From: Gnetum montanum
Lineage: Eukaryota; Plantae; Gnetophyta
Direction of reading: 5' to 3'
NCBI GenBank assembly: GCA_015680685.1
Contig: MNCI01001630.1
Span: 701,028-765,027, forward strand
DNA: 64,000 nt
Positions 13,244 to 27,473 of this stretch are shown here, piece by piece; position 1 is the stretch's first letter; each line of letters begins with the position of its first letter. A program made the translations under genes and the position numbers. The notes under the pieces were generated by a model. That model saw only the letters and a program-made list of their open reading frames with translations. It did no database searches and was not told the DNA's origin.

Positions 13244-13461
13244 CCATTGACAATTTATAATAGAGATGATCAAGAGAAAGAGATGAGATTCTTGAGTTTC
13301 ATGTAACATGTATATGAGGGCCTAACCACCTTAGTGTAACATGAATGATATGGTATTCAAAGAAGATATAGAGTGCCAATCAGATTAGAACATGATTGGC
13401 TTGGTGTGACCACTTCCTTCTTGAATTGATTTCTATTAGAGAGATAAAAAATTAGTGCATT

Positions 13462-13462
<1 letters not shown>

Positions 13463-13498
<36 letters not shown>
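13463..13498. repeat. (AG)18 microsatellite
   Basis: Perfect dinucleotide run. Confidence 0.95.
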
Positions 13499-13500
<2 letters not shown>

Positions 13501-14027
13501 GAAATGACTTTGGGCAGGCAATATATTTCTTAACTATGTCTTTGAGAAAGGAGCACAGGATTGTGACTATGACTTCGAGTAGGAAGCATAGGACAATGAC
13601 TATGACTTCAAGTAGGAAGCACAAGATTGTTTCTTCAAGTAAAGAGTACATGTTTGAGATAGAGGAATGAGTGCTTCTAAAAGGCTAAACCTTTGTATTG
13701 CTACAAGTGTAGGAAAATGGTTTGTATTTTAAGCAAGTCTCGCTCTAGGTAGAAAGGTTGGTACTGTTTGTATGAAAAAGGGTAAGGCTTTTCTTCCTTA
13801 ACCTATGCTATGTGAGCATATCTAAGTATCAATTGGATGTCAAGTTAAGTTTAATATTTATGCTTTACAGTGGATTACCCTAGCCATTAAACCTTCTCAT
13901 CTATACTTGTTAAATGGGTTTTGAGCTATTTAATATCCTTAATATCCATGGTGCTCTTCATGTTTGAAGGTGTGCGTGGATAAAGATGTAAGCTCTTAGG
14001 GCATCACTTCTTTCAAGTGGGAAAAAG

Positions 14028-14562
14028 TGTAGGAAAACATGCCTTGTTGATGGATCAAAGATTATTTCCCTTAGGAACAAAAGTTGGAGAAGTGTGGAGA
14101 TCCTATCAGGTTTCATGCTTTCTTAACCATTATCATAGAACTAAATTGGTCTTGACTCATTTATGTACTATGTCACAAGGATATGTAGGCTTGCAAAGGA
14201 GCTTTGGCTTTGATGCTCAGGCCACCACCCTTCTCTTTGGAGTAGGATTTAAGACTAGATGCATTAGAGTAGGAACATGTCTTAGCTCTTCTAGAAAAAT
14301 GGTGTCTCTTTTGTGGGTGCTTGTACTTGTTGTGGTTATGTGTATATTTGTGTCATGTTGGTCCTATCGCTTATATGATTTCATGTGGTCTGGTTGCTAC
14401 ACTCCTAACCTATGGACTAACGTATGATATACACTTATGTTGTGTGTATAGATATTGTGAATGTTGAGGCGTAGTACATCTTGGATTCACTCTGGGACAC
14501 TTGGCTAGTTTTGGACTTAAGGGTTGTGCCAAACAATGCTTCTCCATAGCAGTACCAATACA
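14028..14562 (+). repeat. 3' LTR of element 2752-14562
   Basis: Preceded by PPT, aligns with 2752-3284. Confidence 0.85.
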
Positions 14563-15484
14563 ATATAAGGGGATAATACTTTTTAGAAAAGTAAAACTAT
14601 TATGTGAAAAACAAAATACAAAAACAAAAAAAAAACAAAAATTAAATCAAAAGAATTAGTTAAAAAAAATATAAAAGGTTTAAGAGGAAAAAAACCAATA
14701 GTATAATAATATAGCAATCATAATTAAACTTACAATTGCTTACATATAAGGTAATTAGTTTATAAATAAGCATAGAACATACTATAAACCATTTAAAAAG
14801 AAAAAGAAAAAATTTATTGAGAGAAAAAATTAAACTAAATAGCATTTTCAAGTAGGTTTATAGATTCCTTAATTTTTATTAAAATAGGCCATCATGCTAA
14901 GTGGTAAAATAGCCTTGATCTTGATTAACTTTATTAGAATAAATTCTAATTTCAAGGGGTTCTCTAATTTATCTATCTACAAAGTTATCCATTACATAAG
15001 GAACTTCACTATTATCTAGAGGAGTTATCATTTTCTATGTGTTCTACAAGAGGTGATTTTAAACATATATTATATTACATATCTTTGACTGCTCTTTTAA
15101 TCTAATGGACAAAAGTTCTACCATGTTACCAATTTAAGATTTACCACAAATGCAAGAGATTTTATAAACACCATTATTATTTAGAATATTCTTTTTATCT
15201 TTTAAGGTAAAGATTTCATTATAGTGTTTAAAGATTGTTATAATGTCATGTTTTTTACAACTCTAGCTATTTTCTCAAAAATACTTTTAATGTAGGAAAT
15301 GCAAATGAGTTTTTTATTAGAAAGAGTACTATTCTTATCTAAATTTTCTGAGTTAATATTTATATTAGAAGGAACATATATTTTATTTAGCTAAGAATGA
15401 ATTGATTTTATCCATGATTTAGTGATAGCCATTTTTTTAAAGTTATTGAATTTAAAGATAGTATTCAAATGATTAAAGTGCTAG

Positions 15485-18400
15485 TGAAATGCTCCGCATT
15501 TGTACATGTGACTTTAGTACTCTATTAAAGACTTATGCTTAAATTTTTTAAAAAGCTTATATATATTTGTAGATGTACTTAATGTTTCTTAGTAATATGA
15601 AGACCTTTGTTTAGATGACATAAGCAAGATTACTATTTATTTTTAATTTTTGTCTATTTTTAATTAATTTTTAAAGTTATATATATAATTATTAATAATA
15701 CATGAGCATTGTAAAATCTAGCATTATTTAAGAATAATACCATAATATTAATGTGATGTGGATCCATGATTTATTTTGATGTTTAGATAAAACTTTGAAA
15801 TTATTAAATATTTAATAAATTAAAATACATCAAAATTTAAAGTTATCGGATCACACTCAAATTTGGTAAAGTAACTCAACTTTACACCTAGAGTATAGAT
15901 CTACAATTAGTTTTTCAATTTGAGGCCTAGATTTTGAGATTTTAATGTTAAAACAAAAGTAAAGTACATGGTGTGACCAAATTTTCCTTGATTCAATCAA
16001 AATATTAATTTATAGCATGGTAGCTATAGCATGTTTGTGCTCAGTATGACTAGCTTAGCTTGTGTAAAATGTTGGATGGACAAAAAGTTTAGTATTAATA
16101 ATTTTTACTAAATAAATTATAAGAATTGTGGACAGATAAAAGGCCAAAAATAATTTAGAAACCCTCATAGCATATAAACTAAAAAATGACTTCAAACAAG
16201 ACAAAAATGTGGGGCCATAAGAAAATTCAATGTGGGATGGTGATGCATGCTCTATGACATGCTTATGATGACATTTATTTTATTTATATTCATAGTAATG
16301 GCTTGAAAAGGAACAACGTTCATTTAATAGGGGCCATGTGACTCTCTTGAGTACTGTCAATCTCCCATGTCCACTTAAACATGAGAGCTTAATTGTCCAA
16401 GTCAAGTAGCAATGATGCCATGAATAAAAAAAGGATTTTTGAAGAATGGGTTATGTACTATTTTTCAATTGTGTAAACTTTTATGCACAAGTCTTTATCC
16501 AAGCCTTAAGATCTCCTCCATCCTATAAATAGAGGTGGTGTTTGCTCTCATTTTTATTTTTTGCCAATGAAGGGAGGCTATGCTAGTTGGAGGGGTGAGG
16601 AGTTGAGGAGAGGAGAGTAAGGATTGTTGGGCCTGGCTTGTTTTTAGCCATCTCTTAGACTATCTTGAGTGTCCTTGTAGGCTATTGGAAGTTTGATTTT
16701 ACTGCTCTATTGGAGGCTTTCATGACTAACGTTTGAGGATTGTTTGAATGATTTAAGGGATAGTTTTCTTTGATTTTGTGGGAGGATTTTAGAAGCACCT
16801 TGAACTTGCAGTTTGAAGTTGATATCTTGAGGCTATTGACTGAACAACAACCCAAACTTAAGGTGTCTTCTCCCTTCCCAAATTGGTCAAGTTCAACTTT
16901 AAATGTGTGTATTTCAAACCCTTGTTGTACAAAATTTCTTGTAGGTGTTAGAAGTTGTATTGGCTTGGACAAGTAAGGATTATTTCATGAGGGCACATGA
17001 AATTTCTTATGAGTTGTGAGTCATGCATGAAATCTACCATGTCATGGATCTAATTTTTGGCATGTATGTTTTGGGCTTTTGAGTTAGCATTTTCTTTGTG
17101 TTATAGGCACTTGGTATTTCATGTTTTTATGATCATTTTTTAATAACAAAAATGTCTCACATCATTCTATCCCTAGTTGCAAGAAGCGCAACTAATTGCC
17201 AATGTTTGGCATTTTCCATTTCCACAATGGAAACCCATTTCAAAATGCCATTGCTTTGGCTGTGTACTGTTCCTGGCATATTAATATATTTTTCCAAGAA
17301 AATTGAAAGGTTTTCCAATAATTATTAAATGATATACATTTAAATTAAGGATATTTTTCTATAAAACATAATTTCTTTCATAATATATGAGTTATATTGG
17401 TATTTCTTGTCCCATGTATCACTTCTGTTTCATCCTTGCTATGGAAATATTCAAATTCTTCCAGATTATTGCTTGGATTCTTTATGTTGTTTCCTTTTCA
17501 CAACCTTTTCCTTGGCTATTTTCCATCACATTTCCATTACCATCATGTTGCTCCATTTCTCATTTCTGGTAATTATGATTCTATCCACAGAGATCTCTTA
17601 TGTGGGCTACAAGGGCTTAGTTCTTGGAAGTGCTTAATAGTATTAGCCCCCAGTATTTTATCTAATTCCAGTGTTCTTCTTGTGTGGGCTACAAAATGCT
17701 TTAGGATCAAAGAGAATTGTTGTATCATAGCTAGATGACCAAAGGGTCCATTAAGTACTCATTTTAGAATTAAAAATGAAGCTATGCATATTGAGGATTT
17801 TTGGTGTCTTTTATTAAGCACACATGTTTTGTTTTATTGATCATTTTTGGGTCAATTTTGAGGGATTTTAAATAAAGTTGTCATGTCCCAAATCATTGTT
17901 AAATGATCTTTTGTTTAATCCTACATTTCTCTCAATGTGAAAACATGAGAGGCTGGAAACTTTATTAATGAAGATTTCAAAGTTTAGAATTATGTTAATC
18001 TATCATAGTGTTCAAGTTTAGTGCATATCATATTTTATTGTTGTCTTTCTTTTCCATATTGTAGATGAGCACATGGGATTTTTTTGTTTTATGCTCCATA
18101 AAATCAGAAGTTCGATTATTTGTTGGTATAGATATTGGCATTCATTTTCTTTATTTTTTGCTATCTAGCGGTTATTGCTTTCTAATTTCTTATATCATAA
18201 TAAAAATGGACATGAAAACCATGACATATAGAATCTACCACACGCACACACACACTCTCTTTCTTTTTAAAAAAGAATTTAGACATTTTCTATTCTCTAT
18301 TTTAGCCTAAAGAAAAAAAGGAGGGACTGTTACTATTATTATTATATTTTTTATGGTTGGTAATCTATTTCCTAAGATTCTATTTCCTAATCTATTTCCT

Positions 18401-20045
18401 AAGATTCTATCTCCTTAGGCTGAGAGGGAAAAAAAACAAAAAACAAAACAAAACCTTGTTAAATCCTCCCATTAGCTATGTGAATTATAATTTCAAATTT
18501 ATTTTCAGGCTCTCCATCTCCCCTGAACATAGAATTGTTTACTAAAAATTCATGTCCTACTTTCAGACTTTGTTTGCCCCATTTTGGATATCTGAAAATG
18601 GAGGAAAACATTGGCTAATTATCCCATGAGAATAAAAAAAAAACCCTAAATGTTGTAACTTTTTCTCTTGTATGATGTAAGCTTGTTCTTATATGGCATT
18701 TAAAATACACTTGAGATGCATAGTTACTTCTTTCATATGCATGATGGGAATATTGCATCTTGGAAGCTTGGAAGTCTCCTTTGAGCAAGTCTTTCATTAC
18801 ATGAATGTTTTGTACATTTTGTCATAGTTTGATTTTCCTATCATGAAAAGTAAATATTGTTTATTTATTTTTACTTCAATGTGCTAACCCCATTTATTTA
18901 TTAGCAAATATATTTTTTTTTATTTGTGCAAAAAGGGAAATATATGTGTAATCATGTGTGTTTATTTGCTTTCCATAAGATTAACCTACATAAATTATGA
19001 TTAAAAGCCCTTGAGGCCCTAGAAAAGCAACTCACCTAAACTCACAATTAGTAATTAGGTGGATGATGTATTTGATTTGTGTGCATTGTGTGAAGTATGT
19101 AGTATTTTTACGGATCATTAACTAATTATATTAATAATAATATATTCATCCCCATAGCTTGAAAGGATGGGTTGCATTGTTTATCTATTTTGCATACACC
19201 TTAAATTGGATGTGGAGATAAACACCATTATCCATCCCTCATGTACATATGCTTATTTCAACTTAATATCCTAAGCCATTGAACCCAAGGAAGTTGAGTT
19301 GCACAAGACTTGAAGGTTTTCAATGATGCATGCACCATTTGTAAGTGTGTACCTACCTCACGTACGATCATTATCTTGAGGGTATATCGAGGTGTAGTTC
19401 AAAAATGATGGTTGAGCCAAGCCTTCTTTGTGTAGTTTAGAACCCGAAAATAATCCAACTCATGGCTGCATGGTGACCAGATTTTTCAAGTTGGATGGTC
19501 CTCAATGTGGGAATGCAATGCCACATTGCATGGGCAAAGTTGTCAAAGCCTATACATTATTTATTCCCAACTATTGTTTGAAGCCTACTATAGATTGAAT
19601 GATCTTATATGACAGAAACATAGTAGAGGACTAGGAGTACATCAAACCACATTTGTTGGTATTGCTTGTAAAATAAAACTTAAAACAAGTAAGTCAAACA
19701 TATGTTTAATGTGTTCTAGCTTTGTAAATGATGGGAAGTGTTAGCAATGATGCTAGTTTTTTTTTTTTTTTTTTTTTTTTTAAGATATCATAATGCTACT
19801 AAAGTTAGATGATATGTAATAATAGATTCATCAATCCTTAGAATTATGAGAAGTGACAAGGTCTCATCATATCAACAACTTGTTAAGTCCAATGAGGGAA
19901 GCAGGTATGTAAGCCCTATAAGTAACCCATCATTATGAGTCACATCTTATTAGTTGCTAATGTAAGTACAATCCCATGTTTTAAGAGGATTGGAAAAGAA
20001 AAAAATTATACTAATCCTTAGAGGGTGGTTATTAGGGGTCTTATA
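15485..20045 (+). mobile_element. Large solo LTR of the Tekay/Del-like family (homologous to the minus-strand LTR 31740-38959)
   Basis: Start matches the reverse complement of 38860-38959. End ttagagggtggttattaggggtcttata matches the reverse complement of 31740-31770. TSD GCTAG/GATAG. TATA cctataaatagagg near 16521. Confidence 0.75.
17172..17577. mobile_element. hAT-type MITE nested in the solo LTR
   Basis: 8-bp TSD ATTCTATC (17164-17171, 17578-17585), imperfect TIR CCTAGTTGCAAGAA / TTCTGGTAATTATG; absent from the homologous LTR copy near 37450. Confidence 0.75.
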
Positions 20046-20898
20046 GATAGGTGTCAAGAATATTGATTCCAAGCTTTGAACAATGTATGAATAGTTGTAA
20101 ATTTAACAAAAAATGTTTACACTTGATTTTAGAGTAATAGTTAATGATATAAATGTAATGTTTATTGATTAAAAATGCTTAATGATTCATTTTCCTTTGA
20201 AAAATTTGTTTTTCAAAAATTTATAATACCTTTTACTAATTTAAAATTCCGAGCATGAGAGGAATAATAATAAACTAACCCCTTGAATCACCTCTCATTA
20301 GTTCTTACACTAGCTTAGTTATGTATTTAAAATATATATATGGTTGAGAGAATCTTGTAAAAATTAAATTGAATTTAGATCATTGTGATTGCACGATGAA
20401 AAGGATAACTAATTTCAATAATAAATCTTGTACCACAAGATATGTCTGAATTCTTATGGATTGTTTTTTCCCATGCATGCGGCCATTGTAATTCTAAATT
20501 TCATTCCTATTGCATTGCAATAGAAAGATATAAACATACATAAACATAGAAGCCATTGATTTGCTTAGAGCAAATATATTGACGTTATAAATAGAATATT
20601 AGTTAACATTACTCTCCTAGAACTTTATGAATATGATATTATTTATCATTACTAATAGGCTCTCTAAGTGTATGAATGAAATATTATTTAACAAACAAAA
20701 TATTATTTAATGTTAATGATCTATGATTGGCAGTTGGTCACTTGACCAAAACAAAATAATAATCCTCAACCATACTCTTAATGACTTTAAACCATGTCAG
20801 ATAGATGTAGCCTCCCCATGCAAGCTTCAAGTTATTGATCAATGAAGAAAATAGCACTTGAATTAAACGTTCACTAAGGTAAGCTTTATGGAATATTA

Positions 20899-23560
20899 TA
20901 GAAACTAGAAACTAAAAATTTTTATTATGTTTAGGAAATCACAAAGGATTTGTTGAACAGTTACAAAGCCTCAACATATTTTTGAACAAAGTTGAAAATA
21001 TCATTGATGTAATACCCCAAGCAAATAGGATCTATTTGAAAGAAAACAATTAACAAATTACAATTAATAGTATAATTCAATTGAATGTGAGTCAAAGATG
21101 GGTAAAATAAAAAAAATATATTCTTCATCTTCTATGCTTTGTTTGCATAGTCTCCAAATACGCTCTTCTCTTGGTAAATTGATCCAACGACTTGTCTCAA
21201 TAAGGAGATAATGTAAGATCATTCTTGCTCTATTAATTTGATTCCTTAAATGAATAAAAATAGTTGAGAATAGTACTTTTGAAAAATAGATAACAAACCT
21301 CCTTTAAGAAAATGTATTTTCTCTAATGTATTTAACCAAACTTTAGCCAAGACTTTTTCTTTGATAGTTTTCCAAAAAAAGCCTTTTGTTAAAGAAAGAT
21401 CCTTTATTACAATATTTCATGATTGAAGCCATAATTTTTCTTGATGCAACGATCCATTTTCTTGTGTAGAATGCATTATCTCCTTAGCATAATTAACTTC
21501 CTCCATGTGACTTAACTTCTGAGTATAAGCAATAAATTAACAATGGGTTTTAACTTCAAGAGGAAGCAAATCTATTTCTAAAAGTAAAATATCATAAGAA
21601 GTTTGCATTTTCACTTGAAATTCACATACAAGAAACTATTTTTGACATGCTCTAATTTTCTCTTATTATGTGTGGAAAGAGGTCCCCAAGCAACACACCC
21701 ATTTAATAATACAAGTTGGACAAGACTACGAAAAAGTTTCCTTCTAATCTCCACATGCTAAAATTTGTTTCTTAATACAATTATTTCTTAAAGCAAACAG
21801 AGCTCACATCCCACTTGAAACCCTTTGAGCAATAAGGGTATTCCAATTATAATTACTGGTAAATTCAACTCCTAAATATTTATGAGATTCACATCAAGGA
21901 AAGAATTGTAATTTCTATTTGAAATACCACAAACTAGAATTTTAGTTTTATCAATATTAACTTTCATACTAGAATAGTTGTGGTAGTCATGGAGAATTTG
22001 AAGCATATAATTTAATCTTGTAGCTGATTTTGCATTCAAGGCCACATCATTTGCAAAGAAAAGCATGTTTAAAAATAATCCATTCATTGAAATACCATGA
22101 TCAGAGGCATTTTGCATCCATTCTTCTAATTCATCTATAAATATGCCAAAAAGGATAGGAGACAAAGAATACCTTGTTTAACTCCAACTAAGTTGATCAT
22201 TATTCCTTCTCTAGTAAGATTATCTTCAATAAGAATGTTAATCGTCTCATGAGATTCTCTTAATAGTAGAAAGGAGATCTTGTGGAATGTTAATGCTATC
22301 CAATCCCTTCCAAAGTTTATCTCAAACAACAGAATCATAAGACTTGGAGAAATCAACAAAACAAATAAAAGTTGTATGTTTGGACCTTCTTGCTATCTCT
22401 ACACAATAACACAAAGTTATTAGATGGTTTATAGTAGAATGATTCCTCCTGAAGCTTGCTTGTGATTGAGCATGAAAACCTTGCATTTTTACCCATGAAC
22501 TAATTTTATTCTCCAAAATAATGCCCAAGAGCTTTACTGAAAACTAAATTGATTGCAATCAGTTAAAAAAGCAAAACTGCTCAAGTAGAACACTAAGAGC
22601 AATCCAAACCATGACAAAGCCCTTTATTAAGAAGATGGCAAACTAATTTCCACACCAATGGACCAGCCCACTTATGAAGCTCTACATATAATCCATTAAC
22701 ATCAAGACCTTTCCTAGAAGATAATCTTTGAATTTCCACAAAAATGTCATCAAAGAATAACTTAAGAACACTAGAGTTATCTTGCACAATTGGGGGAACC
22801 TCTTGATTCAAAAGGTCATTGAAGAAAGTTTGAATAGTAGATAAGGAAAAATTTGAACCATGTTGCTGTCTATCTCGAAATAAGTTCCAAACGCTCTTTG
22901 GATTTGAGTGGAGGTCATGAATTATTCTTTCCTACTCTTTTTTAATAAGCTTTCTATAATTCTTCAACATTGAAACATCAAAATATGAAGCTATAACATC
23001 TTTATAAGTTGTCAAATAATCCATATCAAACCAAGGTTTTTTATAAGCAAGCCTCTTCTTAATCTGCACTTGAGCAACTGTAGACAAAGGGACATTAGTC
23101 AAATCTACCTCATTATCCCTATTGACCAACATATTAACCACTTTTGTTTGGAAATCCTAACAAGGTCTTCTGCGAAATAATGAATTCTACATTTCTTATA
23201 ATGAATATGATGAATTGAAGCAAGAATAGTAAATTTTAGGTACTAATGAAGAGATTCTAGGAGTTTTTTTTTTTTTTTCTTACCTACTTAAAAATTTTTC
23301 ATTGCATTCATATTATCATGAATAGACAAGAGAAGATCAATGCAAGAGTTACATTGATGCCTATTAAAGGTGAAGTAAGAGAAAGAAGGAAGTTTCTTGA
23401 TGCCATTGAGGATTAAAAAATCAAAGGAATGAACCCGCTCAAAGTCGTAATATTTATGATACCAATAGACTTTAATTGTGAATTTGTTTGAAAGAATAAT
23501 CTTTTGAATTGCAAATGAAGAGACAATATCTTTTAAATTGATAAGACTAACTCTACTAGA
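20899..23560 (-). mobile_element. Decayed non-LTR retrotransposon ORF2, RTE/RTEX-like
   Basis: QASFRRNHSTINHL, FVDFSKSYDSV, GVKQG..LSPILFGIFIDEL, LFFANDVAL, VNIDKTKILV. C-terminal LLIETSRWINLPREERIWRLC....EDEE. AATAAA followed by a (TAGTTTC)2 tail near 20899-20926. Confidence 0.85.
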
Positions 23561-24201
23561 TTTCGCATGCTAATAGCTTCAACAAGGTAAGTAAGACTAC
23601 TGAAATTTGAAATGCATGGCTAATACACGTTAGAATTTTGATTGGAAAGGAAAGAAATTACTAACTTGTTAAGCGATTAAAAGCCAACTATAAAAGCTGA
23701 AACCAAATTAAAAATGGAGAAGTCAAACATGGAGCTGAATTAACGATGATGATAATTCTTTCGTTCTAGTATTATTTTCACGTTTGGAGACCGATGACAA
23801 TGGCTGGCTAGGCAATACAAAGGATCGAAGCAAAGATGGGAAAAGCGCATTTTGATATATAGAATTGATAGTAGTTTGAAAAGTTCAATAGGAAGAAAAG
23901 AAAGTTTTTAAAACGTTAATATCTTGAAACATTATTTGTAGAATATAATTCAATTCAAATGTTAAAAAATACTTCATGAGTTGCACTGAATCATGCATAC
24001 AGTTGAATGCTTTTGAAACAGGCATATTTATCTCTCTCAACTCTAGACAAAAAATAAGTAATCATTGTGCATTTAAAATCAACTCTATCGACTGCAATTT
24101 GGAATTCAGTTCGACTATTGATCATATAACAATAGTCATCTCACCTTTGTGTGTAAATCTGGATCAGCTGAAGTAACCCTTTCCCTAGAACAATAAGCAT
24201 C

Positions 24202-24441
24202 TCACTTGAATATGTAGTTCTGGATCAGCTCAAGTAATCCTTCCCCTTCATGTTCTTCCCCGAGAAAATGAAGGTAAGAACTGTCCATCTTGGCTTGAAT
24301 TCCGAACGAGGACAGCTCATGACAAATGGCTTTCAGCTGCTCAGTAAAACTCGATCTGGATAAATTGTGTACAAATGCATCTATTCCAGTGAATAGCTGA
24401 AGATATGCTGGTGGGCTTCTGGATAATTCCACTAGCTTAAC
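24202..24441 (-). CDS. SPPA: SPPA terminal exon ([10 protein letters not shown]...LIQNYIFK*)
   Basis: 240 nt, cag acceptor, TGA at 24204-24202; ORF 24202-24474. Confidence 0.9.
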   Translation of the reverse strand, partial: VKLVELSRSPPAYLQLFTGIDAFVHNLSRSSFTEQLKAICHELSSFGIQAKMDSSYLHFLGEEHEGEGLLELIQNYIFK

Positions 24442-27400
24442 CTGTAGTACAAATGTGAAATACATAATCACCATAAATTAGAAATGTCACATATAAAAGT
24501 CATCGGCATATGCTCACCTTCTTTTTAAGTGGGATGTTGGCTTTCATCTTTGCAATTGCTACCGCTCTGGAGAAACCACCTATTGCATCAACCAAACCAT
24601 TGGATACAGCATCTATTCCAGTCCATACTCTTCCTTGAGCCATGGCTTCCATCCTATCAACCTGTTGAACCCCAATATTTCCTTAAGAAATACTAATGAT
24701 TCAATTAAATAGTAAGCAATTTACAGTATGGTATTACACTCATTGATCTTGAGGAGGCTGCTTTATTTCGAAATTGCTCATATGCAGCTTGGGCAGACTT
24801 TGCAAAAAGTTCCTCCTCATCTGGCCTACATGAGAATTCAAAGCGTATTAACTGTTAACAAAATAAGAATTTTGCTTACTAAAAATTTAAGATTTAGGGC
24901 ATAATAAATAAGAAAGATACATGGAATGGAGTATGTATGCACATTAACCTCAATACCAAATTTCAAACAACGTTCACCTTATAACTTAAATCGCAAAGGA
25001 TTGGATAAAACAGCAAAGTTCTTAGGAACGAAAACGTTTATCTACATGAACGATAGTAAGTTCACGTGAAGGTAAAACAGAAAATTCATGGAACATGTAC
25101 TTCCCACGTCAGAAGAAGCAAAGTGAAGAAACTAGGTAGCACCACCTCTCTCTCTAATTTGACAGAATGAAGGACAACATAGGAAACTAGAAATATTGAC
25201 TCAGGCTTCAAAGCATTCACAATGTTCATAGTATTCAACCCTTCTGTAAAAGCATCACATACCTATTTGTATTTAAAGATCACCTTAACTAGTAAGAAAC
25301 AGTAACATAGGCTGCATCCAAAAGAACTTCTTTAAAAAGCACCACAAATCATTATCATTTAAAACTTCAATGCATCTTGCATGGTAAATTGATTTTCAGT
25401 TGTGCTGCTGTGTGCAGGATCTCACACATGCAGTAATTTATTGCTTGCAAGAACTGTGTTTGCCCTACTTAGTTGATTCGTAAGGTTGACATCTAACTAA
25501 TTAGACTAGTAAAGAAACATGAAAGAAAGTTTATCCACATTCTCTTCAAATATATGGGACTTTCATGAGATGTTGCAGAAAACGCTAATACAAGTCAAAA
25601 GTTAGAAGCACTGTTCCCACCTGAATGGGCGCTGCTCATCATCCAATTCTGCAAATCGTCCTTTTGAAATAACCTCCTTGTTCAGCCCAATCCTCTCATA
25701 TAACTTACTCAAGTTCAATTTAGCTGCAAGCCATTAATTACTGCCAACTGTCAAATAAAAATATGATACCATAAAAAGGAATATTATTATATAGAGGATG
25801 CCTTGGTTAATATTATATCTGTATTGTCAGTCAGGTGGGCATACATTATTTAAGAGTTCACATGCAATGTAACAACCCATTTTCTTAAGTTTTTGTCTTG
25901 ATGTTTGCAACAACGCTTGTGAGTCTGCTTTGTTGTACTGATGTCAAGGGTTAGTGTTGACCTGTAAAACTATCTATGATTTGAATGCTGTTGAAGTGTT
26001 CATGATTTGTATGATTTGGTACTGATTTGTTGATGTATCTATAATCTAATGATGGTGACAGATTTCAGTTCTGTTGATGATTTATAGGATTTGATGCTGA
26101 CTTTTTCATCTATCTCTGATTTTATAATTGTGATGGATTTAAGTGTTGATTATGTGCTTGTGTTCACGATTGCATGATTTAGCAATTGGTTGAATAATCT
26201 ATTATTCTTCTTTCTGATTAATCTAAGTTGTGCTGATGTGTATTAGAATAGATGCATCTATTATGTACAGATAGCATCTATTAATGAAATAAATGAAAAG
26301 AACATTGAGTAAAGATGGAGTTGAAACGCTGTATAGTTTGTGGGGTTGCTACTGTTAGAATGTCTCTTTGTGAACTGTGTATATTGATGTATGTATCTCA
26401 TGTACATTGCTTTGTTGTGTGTTCATACAAATGTTGGGTCCATTATCTCTAGGTGCTACTGTGTGTTACTAACTATTGTGCAATCAGATCTGGAAGGAAA
26501 ATTCGGAGAAAAAAAAAAGATTCTTTATGTTATCCCTCAAGGGCTGAAACAGGTGTGTTTTACTTAGCTAAATGATTCTTTTATAATATATAAACACCTT
26601 GCTAGAGAACTTGACCAATAAATCAAGTGGAAGGAACCTGACCTATGAATCATGAATATCATGTAAATCATAGTTGTGTTAATTTTAAATAATGAGCATG
26701 TAAAATACTGAGAATATAAGTACCTCGTTCATGGTTGTAGAAAGGTCGCATAATGACCTTTCAAGGCACCCTAAGATGATGCAATAATAGGTCATGAACC
26801 TAAAATGAAAAATTTTGTATCTATGATAGCTTAAAAGAAAATGTGTTTTAATCAGTTAATATCATAAATTTGCACCAATCATGTTTTCATTTGAAACCTC
26901 TTTCTTTGAATCTCATGACATGATTCAAAAGAAGGAATAGGATCATCATCTAGGGGCTCAATGCTCATCCTGGCAAGGTGGGATCCTGGGAGGGACCACC
27001 ACTTGGAATGACAAGAGTTAAGCAACCCCACCATTGAACCCAGCATCAATAAAGAAGCATGGAAAGAAGCGTTCCTAACTGAGCATTGATAAAGAAGCCT
27101 TATAGGTTAGCCCCTAAGGCATGGAGTTAAGAGCATCATGGTTATCCAAATTACAATTAAAGTCAAAATGCCCATAAGGACCACAAACCTAAAACTTGAT
27201 GCATCTACCTTGGACCTCCTGCATGAGCTGATTCGGCCGGATTGTGCCTGTAAACAGCTCCCCACCAACCCCTAATGTGGTGGGGGGTCATCGTCGTCGT
27301 CGGGGGGGGGGTGCGCATCCCCAGGTTCTGTTTTTGAGTTTGCTGAGTTTTGCTGTTTTCCGGGGGGGCGCCCCCCCTGGCCTCCCGCCCCGGTGGGGCC

Positions 27401-27473
27401 GCCGCTAGCGACCCCGGTTGTATTCTTATGTAACATTATTTGATCTTTCATAATAGAATCCCGAATACTTTCT

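Larger units (their letters stand above)
2752..14562 (+). mobile_element. Old non-autonomous Gypsy LTR retrotransposon (gag only, no recognisable pol) hosting two nested Athila-like insertions
   Basis: Direct LTRs 2752-3284 and 14028-14562 (TGTAGG...TACA). Decayed Met-i PBS ttgacattagagcc after 3284. PPT aagtgggaaaaag at 14015-14027. TSD GTATA/ATATA. Gag remnants (QLWDH; ESKIYEGDNNDDMIDTFL) resemble the gag at 32590-33972. Confidence 0.8.

Noticed and set aside
19757-19781. T25 run as a possible minus-strand retroposon tail
   Set aside because: No convincing TSD or element body identified.
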